The notes below the pieces were generated by a model that was not told the DNA's origin, searched no databases, and saw nothing but the letters and a program-made list of their open reading frames with translations. A stretch of 63,534 bases of DNA, the filler included, from Nitrospinota bacterium (GTDB taxonomy: Bacteria; JAUXIQ01), in assembly GCA_030620925.1 (NCBI GenBank). It is 13 parts of 13 records of this genome, joined end to end, with 100 filler letters (N's around TTAATTAATTAA, not from the genome) between each part and the next. Parts side by side here need not be neighbours in the genome. Positions count along the whole stretch, not along the records: positions 1 to 6,564 come from JAUXIQ010000117.1; positions 6,665 to 11,556 come from JAUXIQ010000194.1; 11 more parts are not named here. One strand, given 5' to 3'. Positions 1 to 9,798 of this stretch are shown here, in pieces. Every line of letters starts with the position of its first letter. Position 1 is the first letter of the stretch. Position numbers and translations under genes: made by a program.

Positions 1-57
1 AACACAGATAAACCCGGATTGCAGATAAATTAATTATCAGTGTTCATCTGTGGTTCC
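1..57. repeat. Truncated intergenic inverted-repeat element (AACACAGAT...ATCAGTGTTCATCTGTGGTTCC type)
   Basis: ACAGATAAAC (4-13) is near-complementary to GTTCATCTGT (42-51). Resembles a recurrent REP-like palindrome family; cut by the window edge. Confidence 0.45.
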
Positions 58-139
58 ATTAGGGGGAATATACTAAACGGCTGAAGGAAGTTCAACAGGA
101 CTTTGCGCGGGATGCAAAAAACATGATGCAGGGTCTTTC

Positions 140-441
140 TGCAGGAGCGGCATCCGCGGCGGGCGGGACTCCGTTCTGTATGACAGGATACAGTGTCGTA
201 GGGGCGGGTTTCAAACCCGCCCTAATGGGGCGCCTGCAATACGCCCCTACAATCGCGCCTGGAAGGCGCTCCTACCTGGCTCTTGTAGGAGCGGCATCTT
301 GCCGCGACTGGTCGCTCCTGTCCCGCGGATTCAGAATGACAGGATGCGGAGTGGTGCGTAGGGGCGTCCCGCGGCACGCGGGCCCTCGCCTGGGCAGGCA
401 CCAGACCTGCCCCTACAATCGCGCCTGGAAGGCGCTCCCAC
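140..441. repeat. Cluster of GTAG-family REP palindromes (two nested REPIN-like units)
   Basis: GTAGGGGCGGGTTTCAAACCCGCCC (198), GTAGGAGCGGCATCTTGCCGC (285), GTAGGGGCG (358) with matching ...CCTAC ends. A 30-bp exact direct repeat lies at 243-272 and 409-438. Confidence 0.8.
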
Positions 442-490
442 GAAGAAGGGGAACAACCCCGCTATGCCGGATTATTTGCCTATCGTGGGA

Positions 491-1939
491 TTATCTGTTG
501 ACCACCAGGTAGAGGTTCGCGCCGCGCCTGTTTATGAGCATCAGCAGGCGCTCTCTGCGCGGGCCTTCCTGTATGGCTTTACGGACGCCTTCCGGCTCTG
601 AAACCTCCTTCCAATCTATTTCCAGTATGACGTCGCCTCGCCGCAGACCGGCCTGACTTGCTTTGCTGCCCTGCTTCACTTTTGTGATGAGAACCCCTTT
701 ACCTTTTTCTATGCCCAGCTTTTCAGCGAGTTCCGGGGTGAGCTCCTGAAGGGAAATGCCTATTTCGTCTTCCGTTTCGGCAATGACTTTCTCCTCCTCT
801 TTCTCCTCCTTCGTGCCTACGCGTACTTCCATATCTTTAGTTTCGCCTTCGCGCATGATGGTGAAAGAGGCGATAGTGCCGGGCCGGGTTTTCTTTATAT
901 CTCTGGTGAACTGACTGATGTCTTCTATTTCTTTTCCCTGGAAGCTTATGATTACGTCGCCCCGTTTAAAGCCCCCTTCCTGCGCGGGGCTGTCGGGGAG
1001 CACCCTGGCGATGATGGCCCCTTTGGGCGAAGGGAGTCCGAAGGATTCGGCCAGCTCCGGGGTGACGTTTTGAATGTAGACACCCAACCAGCCCCGCACC
1101 ACGGTTCCCTTCTCCCGCAGCTCTTGGAGAATATCCCTGGCGGTGTTAATGGGGATGGCGAACCCCAGTCCCTGCCCCTTGGAGTATATGGCGGTGTTGA
1201 TGCCGATGGCGCGTCCCTGGAGGTCTATGAGGGGGCCGCCGCTGTTCCCGAAATTAATGGAGGCATCGGTCTGTATATACTCGTCGTAGGGACCTCTCCC
1301 CAGGGATCGCCGCATGGCGCTGACCACGCCCACAGTGACGGTATGCCCCAGGCCGAAAGGGTTGCCGATGGCCACCACCCACTGCCCCACTCGGACTGAG
1401 CCGGAATCGCCTAGTGAGAGGGTAGGGAGGGTATGGGGTGCATCTATCTTTATGAGGGCTATGTCCGTTTCTTCATCCCTGCCCACTACCGTCGCTTTAA
1501 ATTCCTCCCCGTCTTTTAAGATGACGGTGATCTCTTCGGCCTCTGCTATAACATGGTGGTTGGTGAGGATGTATCCTTCGCCGTCAACTATGAAGCCTGA
1601 GCCCAGGCTCTTTTTCTTGAGACCGCGATGAGGGTCTTCTCCGAAAAAGCGTTCGAAGAACTCCTCGAATCGAGGACTCCATTCCTTGAAACGTGTGCGG
1701 GGTCGTCGCTTTAAACTCGGAATGTTTAATACGCCTCCGGTGGTGCTGATATTCACCACGGCGTCCTTGACCTTTTCAGTCACGTCTGCAAAAACATCAG
1801 GCCCGAAGGGCGCCTGCCTCCCCTGACCGGCATGCAGCGAGGAAAATATTGAGTATGAGCTTCTCTCGATACTCATGGGGGCCAGGGTCAGGGCGATGGT
1901 CAGTGCCAGGAATACAGACAATGGTTTTGGGGCTCTCAT
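491..1939 (-). CDS. DegP/DegQ (HtrA, Do-family) periplasmic serine endoprotease with two PDZ domains
   Basis: Signal peptide, LGSGFI, TNHHV (His), DIALIK (Asp), DASINFGNSGGPL (Ser), RGWLGV PDZ1, second PDZ. Confidence 0.95.
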   Translation of the reverse strand: MRAPKPLSVFLALTIALTLAPMSIERSSYSIFSSLHAGQGRQAPFGPDVFADVTEKVKDAVVNISTTGGVLNIPSLKRRPRTRFKEWSPRFEEFFERFFGEDPHRGLKKKSLGSGFIVDGEGYILTNHHVIAEAEEITVILKDGEEFKATVVGRDEETDIALIKIDAPHTLPTLSLGDSGSVRVGQWVVAIGNPFGLGHTVTVGVVSAMRRSLGRGPYDEYIQTDASINFGNSGGPLIDLQGRAIGINTAIYSKGQGLGFAIPINTARDILQELREKGTVVRGWLGVYIQNVTPELAESFGLPSPKGAIIARVLPDSPAQEGGFKRGDVIISFQGKEIEDISQFTRDIKKTRPGTIASFTIMREGETKDMEVRVGTKEEKEEEKVIAETEDEIGISLQELTPELAEKLGIEKGKGVLITKVKQGSKASQAGLRRGDVILEIDWKEVSEPEGVRKAIQEGPRRERLLMLINRRGANLYLVVNR

Positions 1940-2024
1940 TGCTCGGACCTCATGGGTAGAGCTGAAATCAGGTACTTTTTATATTAGACGGAAAATGGCT
2001 GATACCGTTGGCACTTGAATAAAC

Positions 2025-2053
2025 TTGACAGTGGTGCGCACATTTATTAAATT
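2025..2053 (+). promoter_or_regulatory. sigma70-type promoter for the pgi-pmi/lepA/lepB unit
   Basis: TTGACA-17 nt-TAAATT. Confidence 0.6.
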
Positions 2054-2078
2054 TAAGCTGTATAATGATTATTGTGCG

Positions 2079-2113
2079 CCCTTTGCACCTCTTGTGTAAA
2101 GGGTTTTTTGTTT
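2079..2113 (+). terminator. Intrinsic terminator-like hairpin in the 5' leader of pgi-pmi
   Basis: 10-bp stem CCCTTTGCAC/GTGTAAAGGG, 5-nt loop, followed by TTTTTTGTTT. Confidence 0.55.
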
Positions 2114-2139
2114 AGGCTGCGAGTGGGAGGTGATTAATT

Positions 2140-3201
2140 ATGGAGTCTAAAGAGAATAAAGGCCCGAAAACCATCGATGCCTCCAGCATGGCCGAGCATC
2201 TCTTCGGTCTTCCCGACCATGTGAAGGATGCTGTGCGTTTATACGCTGAGGCCCCTTGCAGCTACCCCGGCGAAGATGTGAGAAACGTGGTCATAACGGG
2301 TATGGGCGGCTCGGCTATCGGGGGGGACCTGTTGCGCTGTGTGGTGGAACGGGATATACAGGTGCCCTTGAGCGTGGTGCGCGGGTACCGGCTGCCTGCC
2401 TTTGTAAGCGGCGGCACGCTGTTGATGGGCGTGAGCTACTCAGGCAACACCGAGGAGACGTTGAGCACGTTCCGGCAGGGGTTGGACAGGGGCGCCAAAG
2501 GCTATGCCATAACCAGCGGCGGCAAACTGGGAGGTATAGCCGAAGAGTTCAGTATATCCTGCGTGAGTATCCCTGCGGGTATGCCGCCTCGCTGCGCGCT
2601 GGGGTATCTTTTCGTCCCCCCGCTTCTTGCCCTGGCCGACACCGGACTGATACCCAACAAGGATATGGATATAAATGAGGCGGTGGGAGTGCTCATGGAA
2701 TTGAGGGAGAGTTATGGGCCTGAATCTCCCCTGGAGGAAAACCCTGCCAAGAAACTGGCAATTGAACTTTTGGATATGGCCCCGGTCATATACGGGTCGG
2801 TGGGAGGCACCGAGGCGGTGGCGCTGCGCTGGAAAACACAACTTAACGAGAACGCTAAAACTTACGCCGCCTACAACGTAATTCCGGAGATGAATCACAA
2901 CGAGATAGCGGGATGGGAAGCACAGCCCGAACTTTCGGCCAGGACGATAGCCGTTTTCCTGAGGGACGATGATGATCATCCCTTGGTCAACAAGCGCATA
3001 GAATTTAACAAGCCCATTCTGAAGGAGAAGGGTCTCACGGTTCGTGAGTTCCAGTCGTTCGGGAAGTCCCTGCTGGCCCGGCTTTTTTCTCTCCTCTACT
3101 TTGGCGATTACGTGAGTTATTACCTGGCGATCCTCTACGAGATAGACCCCACACCGGTGAAAATAATAGAAGAACTAAAGTGGAAGCTGGAGCAGGAGTG
3201 A
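2140..3201 (+). CDS. Bifunctional phosphoglucose/phosphomannose isomerase (SIS domain, archaeal-type PGI/PMI)
   Basis: [45 protein letters not shown] motifs; GGAGG RBS. Confidence 0.93.
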   Translation: MESKENKGPKTIDASSMAEHLFGLPDHVKDAVRLYAEAPCSYPGEDVRNVVITGMGGSAIGGDLLRCVVERDIQVPLSVVRGYRLPAFVSGGTLLMGVSYSGNTEETLSTFRQGLDRGAKGYAITSGGKLGGIAEEFSISCVSIPAGMPPRCALGYLFVPPLLALADTGLIPNKDMDINEAVGVLMELRESYGPESPLEENPAKKLAIELLDMAPVIYGSVGGTEAVALRWKTQLNENAKTYAAYNVIPEMNHNEIAGWEAQPELSARTIAVFLRDDDDHPLVNKRIEFNKPILKEKGLTVREFQSFGKSLLARLFSLLYFGDYVSYYLAILYEIDPTPVKIIEELKWKLEQE

Positions 3202-5000
3202 TGAAGCGAGGCGGAACAAGAAATTTTTCCATTATCGCCCATATAGACCACGGTAAGTCCACCCTTGCCGACAGGATACTTGAGCTCACCGGTGCCCTCA
3301 GCGAGCGGGAGATGCGGGAGCAGGTGCTGGATACAATGGAGCTGGAGCGTGAGCGCGGTATTACCATAAAGGCACAGACGGCCAGCTTGAATTACAGGGC
3401 GCCGGACGGGAAGGAATATTTGCTCAACCTCATAGATACGCCGGGTCACGTCGATTTCAGCTACGAAGTCTCCAAGAGCCTGCAAGCCTGCGAGGGGGTG
3501 CTCCTCCTGGTGGATGCCACTCAGGGGATCGAAGCCCAGACGCTTGCCAACGCACACCTGGCCGTGGAGCAGGGGCTGGAGATAATTCCGGTAATAAATA
3601 AGATAGATCTTCCCAGCGCGGACGTGGAGGGTGTGAAACGCCAGATGGAAGATGCCCTGGGTCTGGACGCTTCCGAGACGCTGGCCGTCAGCGCCAAGGA
3701 AGGTTGGGGCGTGGAAGAAGTCCTCGAGGCCATAGTTGAGAGGATTCCTGCGCCGCAAGGGGATGAGGAGGCACCCCTCAAGGCGTTGGTGGTGGACTCG
3801 CGGTTTGATCCCTACCGGGGCGCCGTGGTGCTCATCAGGGTGTTTGAAGGTAAGGTTGATGCGGGGGCGAAGATAATAATGGCTTCCACGCAAAAGGAGT
3901 ATGAGGTAAGCGAAGTGGGGGTTTTCACCCCGCGCATGGAAGAAGCGAGTTCCCTTGCGGCGGGTGAAGTAGGCTACCTGATAGCAGGGATCAAGCAGGT
4001 CAAAGACACCCGTATAGGAGATACTGTTACCGAACCGCGCCGGCCGACCGATGCGCCGCTCCCCGGCTTCAAAGAGGCCAAGCCCATGGTCTTCTGCGGT
4101 CTCTACCCGGTGGACAACGGGCAATACGATGAGCTGAAGGATGCGCTGGATAAGCTGTGGCTCAATGATTCCTCCTTCCATTATGAGGCTGAGACATCCA
4201 GCGCCCTTGGATTCGGCTTTCGCTGCGGCTTCCTGGGGATGCTGCACATGGAGATAGTGAGGGAACGGTTGGAGCGCGAATACGACCTGGAATTAATCAA
4301 CACCGCTCCCACAGTAGTCTACCAGGTGTTGAAAACCGACGGCAGCGTGCTATCCGTGGACAATCCTTCTAAACTTCCTCACCTCTCTTCCACCTCGGCC
4401 ATCGAAGAACCTTACGTGAACGCCACTTTGATCCTGCCCGATAAGTTTCTTGGGCCCATCCTGCAGCTGGCCCAAAACAGGCGGGGAGTGCACAAAGGCA
4501 TGGATTACCTGGATACCAGCAAGGCGCTCCTGCGGTATGAATTTCCCCTAAATGAAATAATAGTGGATTTTTATGATAAACTTAAATCTCTCAGCAAGGG
4601 TTATGCGTCTTTAGATTATGAGCCCGTGGGTTACCGGAGGTCGGACCTGGTGAAGCTGGACATCCTGATAAACGGTGAGCCGGTGGATTCGCTATCGCTT
4701 ATAGTGCACAGGGATAAGGCTTACCATAAAGGGAAACAGCTTATAACCAGGCTCCGGGAGGTGATTCCAAGACAGCTTTTCGAGGTGGTGGTGCAGGCCG
4801 CCATAGGCAACAAGATCATCGCCCGTGAATCGGTGTCGCCGCTCCGCAAAAACGTTACCGCCAAGTGTTACGGCGGGGACGTAACCAGAAAGCGGAAGCT
4901 GCTCGAGAGACAGAAGGAAGGCAAGAAACGCATGAAGAGCGTGGGGCGCGTGGAAGTGCCTCAGGAAGCGTTCACGGCGGTGCTTAAACTAGAGGACTGA
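3201..5000 (+). CDS. lepA: Elongation factor 4 (LepA)
   Basis: [45 protein letters not shown]. Start placed at ATG 3201, which overlaps the upstream TGA. Confidence 0.98.
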   Translation: MKRGGTRNFSIIAHIDHGKSTLADRILELTGALSEREMREQVLDTMELERERGITIKAQTASLNYRAPDGKEYLLNLIDTPGHVDFSYEVSKSLQACEGVLLLVDATQGIEAQTLANAHLAVEQGLEIIPVINKIDLPSADVEGVKRQMEDALGLDASETLAVSAKEGWGVEEVLEAIVERIPAPQGDEEAPLKALVVDSRFDPYRGAVVLIRVFEGKVDAGAKIIMASTQKEYEVSEVGVFTPRMEEASSLAAGEVGYLIAGIKQVKDTRIGDTVTEPRRPTDAPLPGFKEAKPMVFCGLYPVDNGQYDELKDALDKLWLNDSSFHYEAETSSALGFGFRCGFLGMLHMEIVRERLEREYDLELINTAPTVVYQVLKTDGSVLSVDNPSKLPHLSSTSAIEEPYVNATLILPDKFLGPILQLAQNRRGVHKGMDYLDTSKALLRYEFPLNEIIVDFYDKLKSLSKGYASLDYEPVGYRRSDLVKLDILINGEPVDSLSLIVHRDKAYHKGKQLITRLREVIPRQLFEVVVQAAIGNKIIARESVSPLRKNVTAKCYGGDVTRKRKLLERQKEGKKRMKSVGRVEVPQEAFTAVLKLED

Positions 5001-5013
5001 AGGAAAACCGGGA

Positions 5014-5598
5014 ATGGCAGACAAGGGAAAAAAAGTAAGGAAAAAATCGGCGAGCAGGGAATTCACAGAAGCCATAGTGATAGCCATCATAGCGGCCTTC
5101 TTGATCCGGGGCCTGGTGGTTCAGGCGTTCAAGATACCTTCGGGGTCCATGATACCAACGCTGGAGATCGGGGACCACATACTGGTGAATAAGTTTATCT
5201 ACAGGTTCAGAGAACCCAAGAGAGGGGATGTAATCGTATTCAAATTTCCGGGAGATGAGAAAAAGGATTACATTAAGCGCGTGGTGGGCCTTCCCGGGGA
5301 GTGGGTAGAAATGAAGGGGACCACCATTTACGTGAACGGTACGCCGCTTGACGAGACTTACACGCGCTACAACCACGGAATATCGCAGAGGAACGGCTTC
5401 CGCCCACTGTTCGTGCGGCCCGGTTACCTCTTCGTGATGGGGGATAACCGGGATAACAGCAGGGATAGTCGATCATGGGGACAATTGCAAATAGATAAGA
5501 TAAAGGGAAGGGCGTTCCTCATCTATTTTTCCTGGAACAAGCACGGAGATTTTACCCACAAGGTAAGGTGGGGCAGATTGGGAGATCGGATACATTAG
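5014..5598 (+). CDS. lepB: Signal peptidase I
   Basis: IPSGSMIPTL (Ser), YIKRVVG (Lys), MGDNRDNSRDSR; follows lepA. Confidence 0.97.
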   Translation: MADKGKKVRKKSASREFTEAIVIAIIAAFLIRGLVVQAFKIPSGSMIPTLEIGDHILVNKFIYRFREPKRGDVIVFKFPGDEKKDYIKRVVGLPGEWVEMKGTTIYVNGTPLDETYTRYNHGISQRNGFRPLFVRPGYLFVMGDNRDNSRDSRSWGQLQIDKIKGRAFLIYFSWNKHGDFTHKVRWGRLGDRIH

Positions 5599-5647
5599 AG
5601 CGGCATCCTTTTGCATCATATTTTCGAGAACTATTTCTTAGGCTTTA

Positions 5648-6487
5648 CTATTCCTGCATTTCGGCAAGGCAATCGCTCAGTTTCAGGAAATCCTCGATTC
5701 CCAGCTCCTCCCCCCGTATTCGGGGAGGTATGCCGGCCCCGTGAAGCGCCTCTTCTATTATGCTTTCTTCAAGAGAGGGGCGAAGAGCCGCCAGGATACT
5801 GTTCTTGACGGTCTTGCGCCTATGGGCGAAGGAAGCACCTACCAGGCTGAAAAATAGCCGCCTGTCTTTGGGATGGACGCGGGGGGCCTCAAGGAAGGTG
5901 AATTTTACCACTGCCGACGCCACCCTGGGCGGAGGGCGAAAGGCGCCGGGGGGGACTATGAGCTCTAATTTGGCATCGGAGTAATACTGCACCTTAATGG
6001 TGAGCGAGCCGTAATCCTTGCCCCCCGGGGAAGCGGTAAGCCTGCGGGCCACCTCTTCCTGGAACATTAGAGTCATGTCGGTGATGCTGTCCCTGCTTTC
6101 AATCAGGCGCATGAGAAGGGGTGTGGCGATGTAGTAGGGCAGGTTTCCTATGACCTTGAATGGGGCGGGCAGGGTCTGATAATCGAAGGTGAGGGCATCT
6201 GTGTTTAGTATGGTGAGGTTGGGAATATGTTTAAGCTTGTCGTGCAGAAAGGCACTAAGCCTCTTGTCGACCTCCAGCGCCGTGAGGTGCTTTACTCTGG
6301 GCGCTGCGGCGGTGGTGAGGACGCCCGTGCCCGCTCCTATTTCCACCGTGTAGTCTTCTGTTCTTAAATCCGCAACACTGAGGATGGCTTTGAGGATAGA
6401 GCCATCCTTCAAAATATGCTGACCCAGGCGCGGTTTGTGCGGTTTTCTTGTGCGGGGCCGCCGGGGGGAGGCCCTTCTTTTACTCAA
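5648..6487 (-). CDS. rsmA: 16S rRNA m6,2A1518/1519 dimethyltransferase KsgA
   Basis: LGQHIL, VEIGAGTG, GNLPYYI, MFQEEVARR, FRPPPRVASAV. Start taken as TTG 6487 overlapping the pdxA stop; the ORF is open to 6535. Confidence 0.95.
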   Translation of the reverse strand: MSKRRASPRRPRTRKPHKPRLGQHILKDGSILKAILSVADLRTEDYTVEIGAGTGVLTTAAAPRVKHLTALEVDKRLSAFLHDKLKHIPNLTILNTDALTFDYQTLPAPFKVIGNLPYYIATPLLMRLIESRDSITDMTLMFQEEVARRLTASPGGKDYGSLTIKVQYYSDAKLELIVPPGAFRPPPRVASAVVKFTFLEAPRVHPKDRRLFFSLVGASFAHRRKTVKNSILAALRPSLEESIIEEALHGAGIPPRIRGEELGIEDFLKLSDCLAEMQE

Positions 6488-6564
6488 CGTCTTTGCCTCT
6501 CGCACCGACCAGTTCGGCGGCCAGCTTAACGGCATTCAAAAGGCTTGAAGGGTTTGCTTCGCCT
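6480..6564 (-). CDS. pdxA: 3' end of probable 4-hydroxythreonine-4-phosphate dehydrogenase (partial, not in ORF track)
   Basis: Manual translation GEANPSSLLNAVKLAAELVGARGKDVE* resembles the PdxA C-terminus; pdxA-rsmA synteny is well known. Confidence 0.6.
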
Positions 6565-6664
6565 NNNNNNNNNNNNNNNNNNNNNNNNNNNNNNNNNNNN
6601 NNNNNNNNTTAATTAATTAANNNNNNNNNNNNNNNNNNNNNNNNNNNNNNNNNNNNNNNNNNNN
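6565..6664. other. Artificial contig spacer
   Basis: 44 N + TTAATTAATTAA (stops in all six frames) + 44 N. Confidence 0.99.
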
Positions 6665-7700
6665 GCTTTTTCGCCAGTTCCTTGACCACCTCCAGGCGCA
6701 GGGTGGGCTCTCCCAGGCCGCAGAAGACGACCTCTTCGTAGTCCCCATCGGCGTTCTTGATCGCTTCCCACAGCTCTTCCACCGTGGGGTCCCTCTGGAG
6801 ACGCAGGTTGTGCCCCTTGACGTAATCGGTGAAGAAGCGCATGCAGAACGTGCAGTGGTTGGTGCACTCGTTGGTAACGTTCAGGTAAAGGGAATTGCGT
6901 ATCCGGTATGCGAGCTGCCCCTCTTTCTCTATCTCACCCACGCCCAACAGTCGGTGCACGTTGAGGGTGGTGATCCTTGCGACGTCCTCCGCCGTCAACC
7001 CTTGCAGCTCAGCCAGTTTCTGCGCCACGTGGAGCACGTAAGCCGGCTCGTTGCGTTTACCCCGAACCGCCTGCGGGGAAAGATAAGGGCAGTCGGTTTC
7101 CACCACTGTGTTATCCAGATGCAGTGAAGAAGCCACGGACTGCAGTTTTCGTGCATTGGGGTAGGTGAGGGGGCCGGCGAAGGATACCAGCAGCCCCATC
7201 CCGATGCACTTTTCGGCCAGCTTCATGTCCCCTGAGAAGCAGTGCATGATGCCCTTTACCTCTCGCGCATTTTCCTCTTCCAGTATGCGCAAGGTTTCCG
7301 GGTGTGCCTCGCGGCTGTGGACGATGATAGGCAGCTCAGCGTCTCTGGCTATGCGTATCTGCTCTCTGAAGACCTCCCGCTGTTTTTCCCTGGGCGAATA
7401 ATCCCGATGATAATCGAGCCCCATTTCGCCCACCGCCACTACCCGCGGATGCTCCAGAAGCTCCCTTATGGTTTTGAGGGTTGCGGCATCCGCTCCACCG
7501 GCGTCGTGGGGATGTATTCCCGCCGCGGCGTAGACGCACTCATATTTCTCGGCCAGCTTGACGGCCGCCTCGCTCGCTTCCAGGGTGGAGCCGACGGTGA
7601 TTATGGTGGTGACCCCCTGATTTTGGGCGCGCTGCACCACTTCGTCGAGGTCTTCCCGGAAGGCTTCCATCTCCAGATGGGCGTGCGTATCAGTCAGCAT
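6665..7700 (-). CDS. tatD: TatD-family DNase fused to a TatD-associated radical SAM domain (3' truncated)
   Basis: DTHAH, GIHPH, GEMGLDY, HCFSG, ETDCPY, then in-frame YLNVTNECTNHCTFC (CxxxCxxC) and VVFCGLGEPT. Confidence 0.92.
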
Positions 7701-7835
7701 TTTCTCTTAATTATTGAGTGGTTTTAAAGGAAAAATCCCGCTTTCCGCGGGACTCGATCTTTCTCCTGAAACATTCAAGTAATAATATGAATCCGTTTTT
7801 AAGGGGACCTCTACTAAGAAGTAATGAGAGGTGCA

Positions 7836-9755
7836 TCAACGCACCTTGGCTCCCGGCTCTATATCTCCCGCCATGGTGACCAGGATGATATTATCCTCAT
7901 CTCCCGCCGCCAGTATCATGCCCTGAGATTCTATCCCCCTGATGGTTGCGGGCTCAAGGTTGACCACTACCACCACTTTCCTGTTCACCATGTCTTCAGG
8001 CTCGTAGCACTGGGCCATTCCGGCCACCAGGGTCCTCTCCTCGGTTCCGATGTCCACCCTCAGTTTGAGCAATTTTTTCGCCTTTTCCACCTTCTCCGCA
8101 GATTTGATAATTCCAACCCGCAAATCCATCTTCTGGAACTCTTCGAAGGATATAAGCTCCTGCCCCTTAGTGTCTACCATTTCTTTCTCCACTTTGACGG
8201 ATATTTCCCTGGCCCGATTTTCATCGATTCTAGGGAAAATCTGCTCCCCGGGATTTACCCTGATGCCTGCGGGTAGCAACCCCCATCTGCCCGCTTCGGA
8301 AAGGGTCTGCTGGTCGGGCTTTCCTTCCATGCCCAACTGGGCCCACATCTTTTCCGCCGATTGGGGTATGAAGGGGTTTACCAGCAGGGTTACCATTCTC
8401 ATGGCTTCAGCGGTATTGTAGAGCACCGTTCCCAGCCTCTCTTTGTCACCCTCCTTCTTGGCCAGAGCCCAGGGGCTGGTCTCGTCGATATATTTGTTGA
8501 CTGCGCCTATTAGTTCCCAGATGGATTTTAGGGCCCGGTCGAAAGCAAGCTGCTCCATCAGCTCGTCCACTTCGCCGAAGGTCTGTAATGCCTTTTCTTT
8601 GAGGGCTTGGTCGGGACCCTCTTCGGCGGCGGGCGGGGGGATTTCGCTGTCGCAGTATCTATCCACCATGGTCAGGGCGCGGTTGAACAGGTTGCCCAGG
8701 TCGTTGGCCAGGTCGCTGTTTACCCTGTGTATGAAAGCCTGGTGTGAGAAATCGCCGTCCAGACCGAAGGGGACTTCCCTGAGCAGGAAATAGCGCAGCG
8801 GGTCAACGCCGTATTCGTCTATCAGGCGATTGGGCTCAACTACGTTGGCCAGGGACTTGGACATCTTCTTCCCCTCCACCGTCCACCACCCGTGCCCGAA
8901 GATCTTTTTGGGGACGGGGAGCCCGGCGGACATGAGAAAGGTGGGCCAGTAGACGGCGTGGAAGCGCAGTATGTCCTTGCCTATGAGGTGCACGTCCGCG
9001 GGCCAGAAGCCTTCGAACTTCTCTCCTTCGCCGTTTTCGTATCCGAGGGCGGATATATAGTTTACCAGTGCGTCGAACCAGACGTAGATGATGTGCCCGG
9101 GGTCCGCGGGTACCTTGATCCCCCACTCGAAGGTGGTGCGGCTGATGCTCAGGTCCCTCAGGCCGCTCTTCACAAAACTGATTATCTCGTTTCTTCGGCC
9201 CACAGGGTTTATGAAATCGGGGTTTTCCTCTATGTGCTTCAGCAGCCTGTCCTGGTATTTGGACATTCTGAAGAAATAGCTTTTCTCCTTGACCACTTCC
9301 GTTGGGCGTTCGCAGTCGGGACAGTTGCGGTCGGGGGCCTGCGTTTCCGTCCAGAAGGTTTCGCAGGGGACGCAGTAAAGTCCCTCGTAATCCCCCAGGT
9401 ATATGTCGCCATTGTCAAAGACTTTCTGGAAAAAGGTTTGCACCGTCTTTTTATGCCTGGGGTCGGTGGTGCGGATGAAATCGTCGTTGGAGATGTTCAG
9501 CTTTTGCCAGAGCTCTTTGAACCTTTCCACGACCCTGTCGGCGAGCTGCTGCGGGTCCTCGCCCTGCTCTCTTGCGGTGCGCTCCACCTTCTGGCCGTGC
9601 TCGTCGGTCCCGGTGAGAAAATATACCTTTTTTCCCGTGACCCTCTTGTAGCGGGCTATGACGTCTGCGGCCACCGTGGTGTAGGCGTGGCCGATATGGG
9701 GGACATCGTTGACGTAATATATGGGTGTGGTTACGTAAAAAGAATCTACAGCCAT
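7836..9755 (-). CDS. metG: Methionine--tRNA ligase with C-terminal tRNA-binding domain
   Basis: PHIGHAY (HIGH), KMSKS, CVPC/CPDC knuckle, C-terminal DLRVG...SQGMILAA. Confidence 0.98.
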   Translation of the reverse strand: MAVDSFYVTTPIYYVNDVPHIGHAYTTVAADVIARYKRVTGKKVYFLTGTDEHGQKVERTAREQGEDPQQLADRVVERFKELWQKLNISNDDFIRTTDPRHKKTVQTFFQKVFDNGDIYLGDYEGLYCVPCETFWTETQAPDRNCPDCERPTEVVKEKSYFFRMSKYQDRLLKHIEENPDFINPVGRRNEIISFVKSGLRDLSISRTTFEWGIKVPADPGHIIYVWFDALVNYISALGYENGEGEKFEGFWPADVHLIGKDILRFHAVYWPTFLMSAGLPVPKKIFGHGWWTVEGKKMSKSLANVVEPNRLIDEYGVDPLRYFLLREVPFGLDGDFSHQAFIHRVNSDLANDLGNLFNRALTMVDRYCDSEIPPPAAEEGPDQALKEKALQTFGEVDELMEQLAFDRALKSIWELIGAVNKYIDETSPWALAKKEGDKERLGTVLYNTAEAMRMVTLLVNPFIPQSAEKMWAQLGMEGKPDQQTLSEAGRWGLLPAGIRVNPGEQIFPRIDENRAREISVKVEKEMVDTKGQELISFEEFQKMDLRVGIIKSAEKVEKAKKLLKLRVDIGTEERTLVAGMAQCYEPEDMVNRKVVVVVNLEPATIRGIESQGMILAAGDEDNIILVTMAGDIEPGAKVR

Positions 9756-9798
9756 CACCGCCTCCGGCGGGTTGTTTTCAATCCGTGCAGCTTCAGTA

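Noticed and set aside
140-441. Possible CRISPR array (30-bp direct repeat)
   Set aside because: Only two copies 166 nt apart, the intervening DNA is itself palindromic REP sequence, and no cas genes are present.
123-512. 129-aa ORF over the repeat cluster (also 25611-26007 and 20665-20940)
   Set aside because: Translations of REP palindromes (VGAGFKPAL, VGAASCRD), with no protein-family features.
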